Shown: positions 63,420-64,000 of the stretch, piece after piece
Numbering within the stretch: position 1 is the stretch's first letter
Layout: every line of letters starts with the position of its first letter
DNA from: Fimbriosthenelais zetlandica
Lineage: Eukaryota
Assembly (NCBI GenBank): GCA_977030845.1
Contig: OZ365114.1
Coordinates: 16,926,001-16,990,000, forward strand
DNA length: 64,000 nucleotides
Direction: 5' to 3'
Notes under the pieces: model-generated
Seen by the model: the letters and a program-made list of their open reading frames with translations, nothing else
What the model was told of the DNA's origin: nothing
Databases searched by the model: none
Translations under genes and position numbers: made by a program

Positions 63420-64000
63420 GCAGTGAATGCTTTTTCCATCTAGATAAATGATATAGACAATATATCCAGCTTGTCCTCAGTGTTATTCATCAAGCTTATA
63501 AATGCCTTAGCCTTAGTCCATTTCAAAATGACGGCTGTCCATTATTTGACTGCTCATTTTTCTGCATCCTCATAGCAAAGCTATCAAAATCCCTGATACT
63601 TGTACATCGTTAATTGGTCCCACATGGCCATGATGTTGGCTTTCTGTGATAATATGCTGACCAAATACAGAAACTAGAAGGACATGAATATTATGGGTTT
63701 TCATCCAGTCCAGCATAAGTCTGTTTCCTAATGATGTACATCAATTTGGGTTGTTGCATGTCCCCAATAGACCATAGCCAACCCAATGGAATATACTAAG
63801 GACAAGCTGGGAGTCTCCTTATAATATTATAATTCATTTTTACGTCTTTACATTAATAATGATATTGGTGCTAGGAAATATCGAGTATGATAATTTGACG
63901 CATTATGTATTATATTTGTCTTTCATGACATGATCAATAAGAAAATTGATATTTTTGATGTACTCCTATTTTCATCTCGTGGAAATTATTGAGACATCTA

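Noticed and set aside
63420-64000. alpha1 polyadenylation signal
   Set aside because: No AATAAA seen in the 580 nt after the stop; the 3' UTR may extend beyond the window or use a variant signal.

Overview
This is eukaryotic, intron-rich DNA from an invertebrate animal; the taxon cannot be fixed from the sequence. The whole window is a head-to-head type IV collagen gene pair. On the + strand is a complete alpha1(IV)-like gene (37 coding exons, 43751-63419, 1768 aa by my exon sum), with signal peptide, 7S cysteines, interrupted Gly-X-Y helix and a 12-Cys NC1 domain. On the - strand is the 5' part of an alpha2(IV)-like gene (ATG at 42701, running off the window below 236), with 11.0-kb and 26.7-kb introns near its 5' end. 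The two ATGs are about 1.05 kb apart, which implies a shared bidirectional promoter. The most notable observation is two tandem, paralogous 192-nt phase-0 exons in the alpha2 gene (1058-1249 and 236-427). They look like mutually exclusive alternatives at the position homologous to nematode let-2 exons 9/10. Helix register with the partner alpha1 chain supports this, as do weak splice sites and STAR/QKI-type and UG/YGCY-rich intronic elements. Other points are an Arg179->Thr change in the NC1 chloride-binding motif, two CxxC helix interruptions, an 18-aa NC1 tail, regulatory motif clusters, minisatellites and decayed mobile-element traces. I found no CRISPR array, RNA gene or intact transposase/RT ORF. 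Exons were called by eye, and comparisons to human, worm and fly proteins are from memory and need database confirmation.
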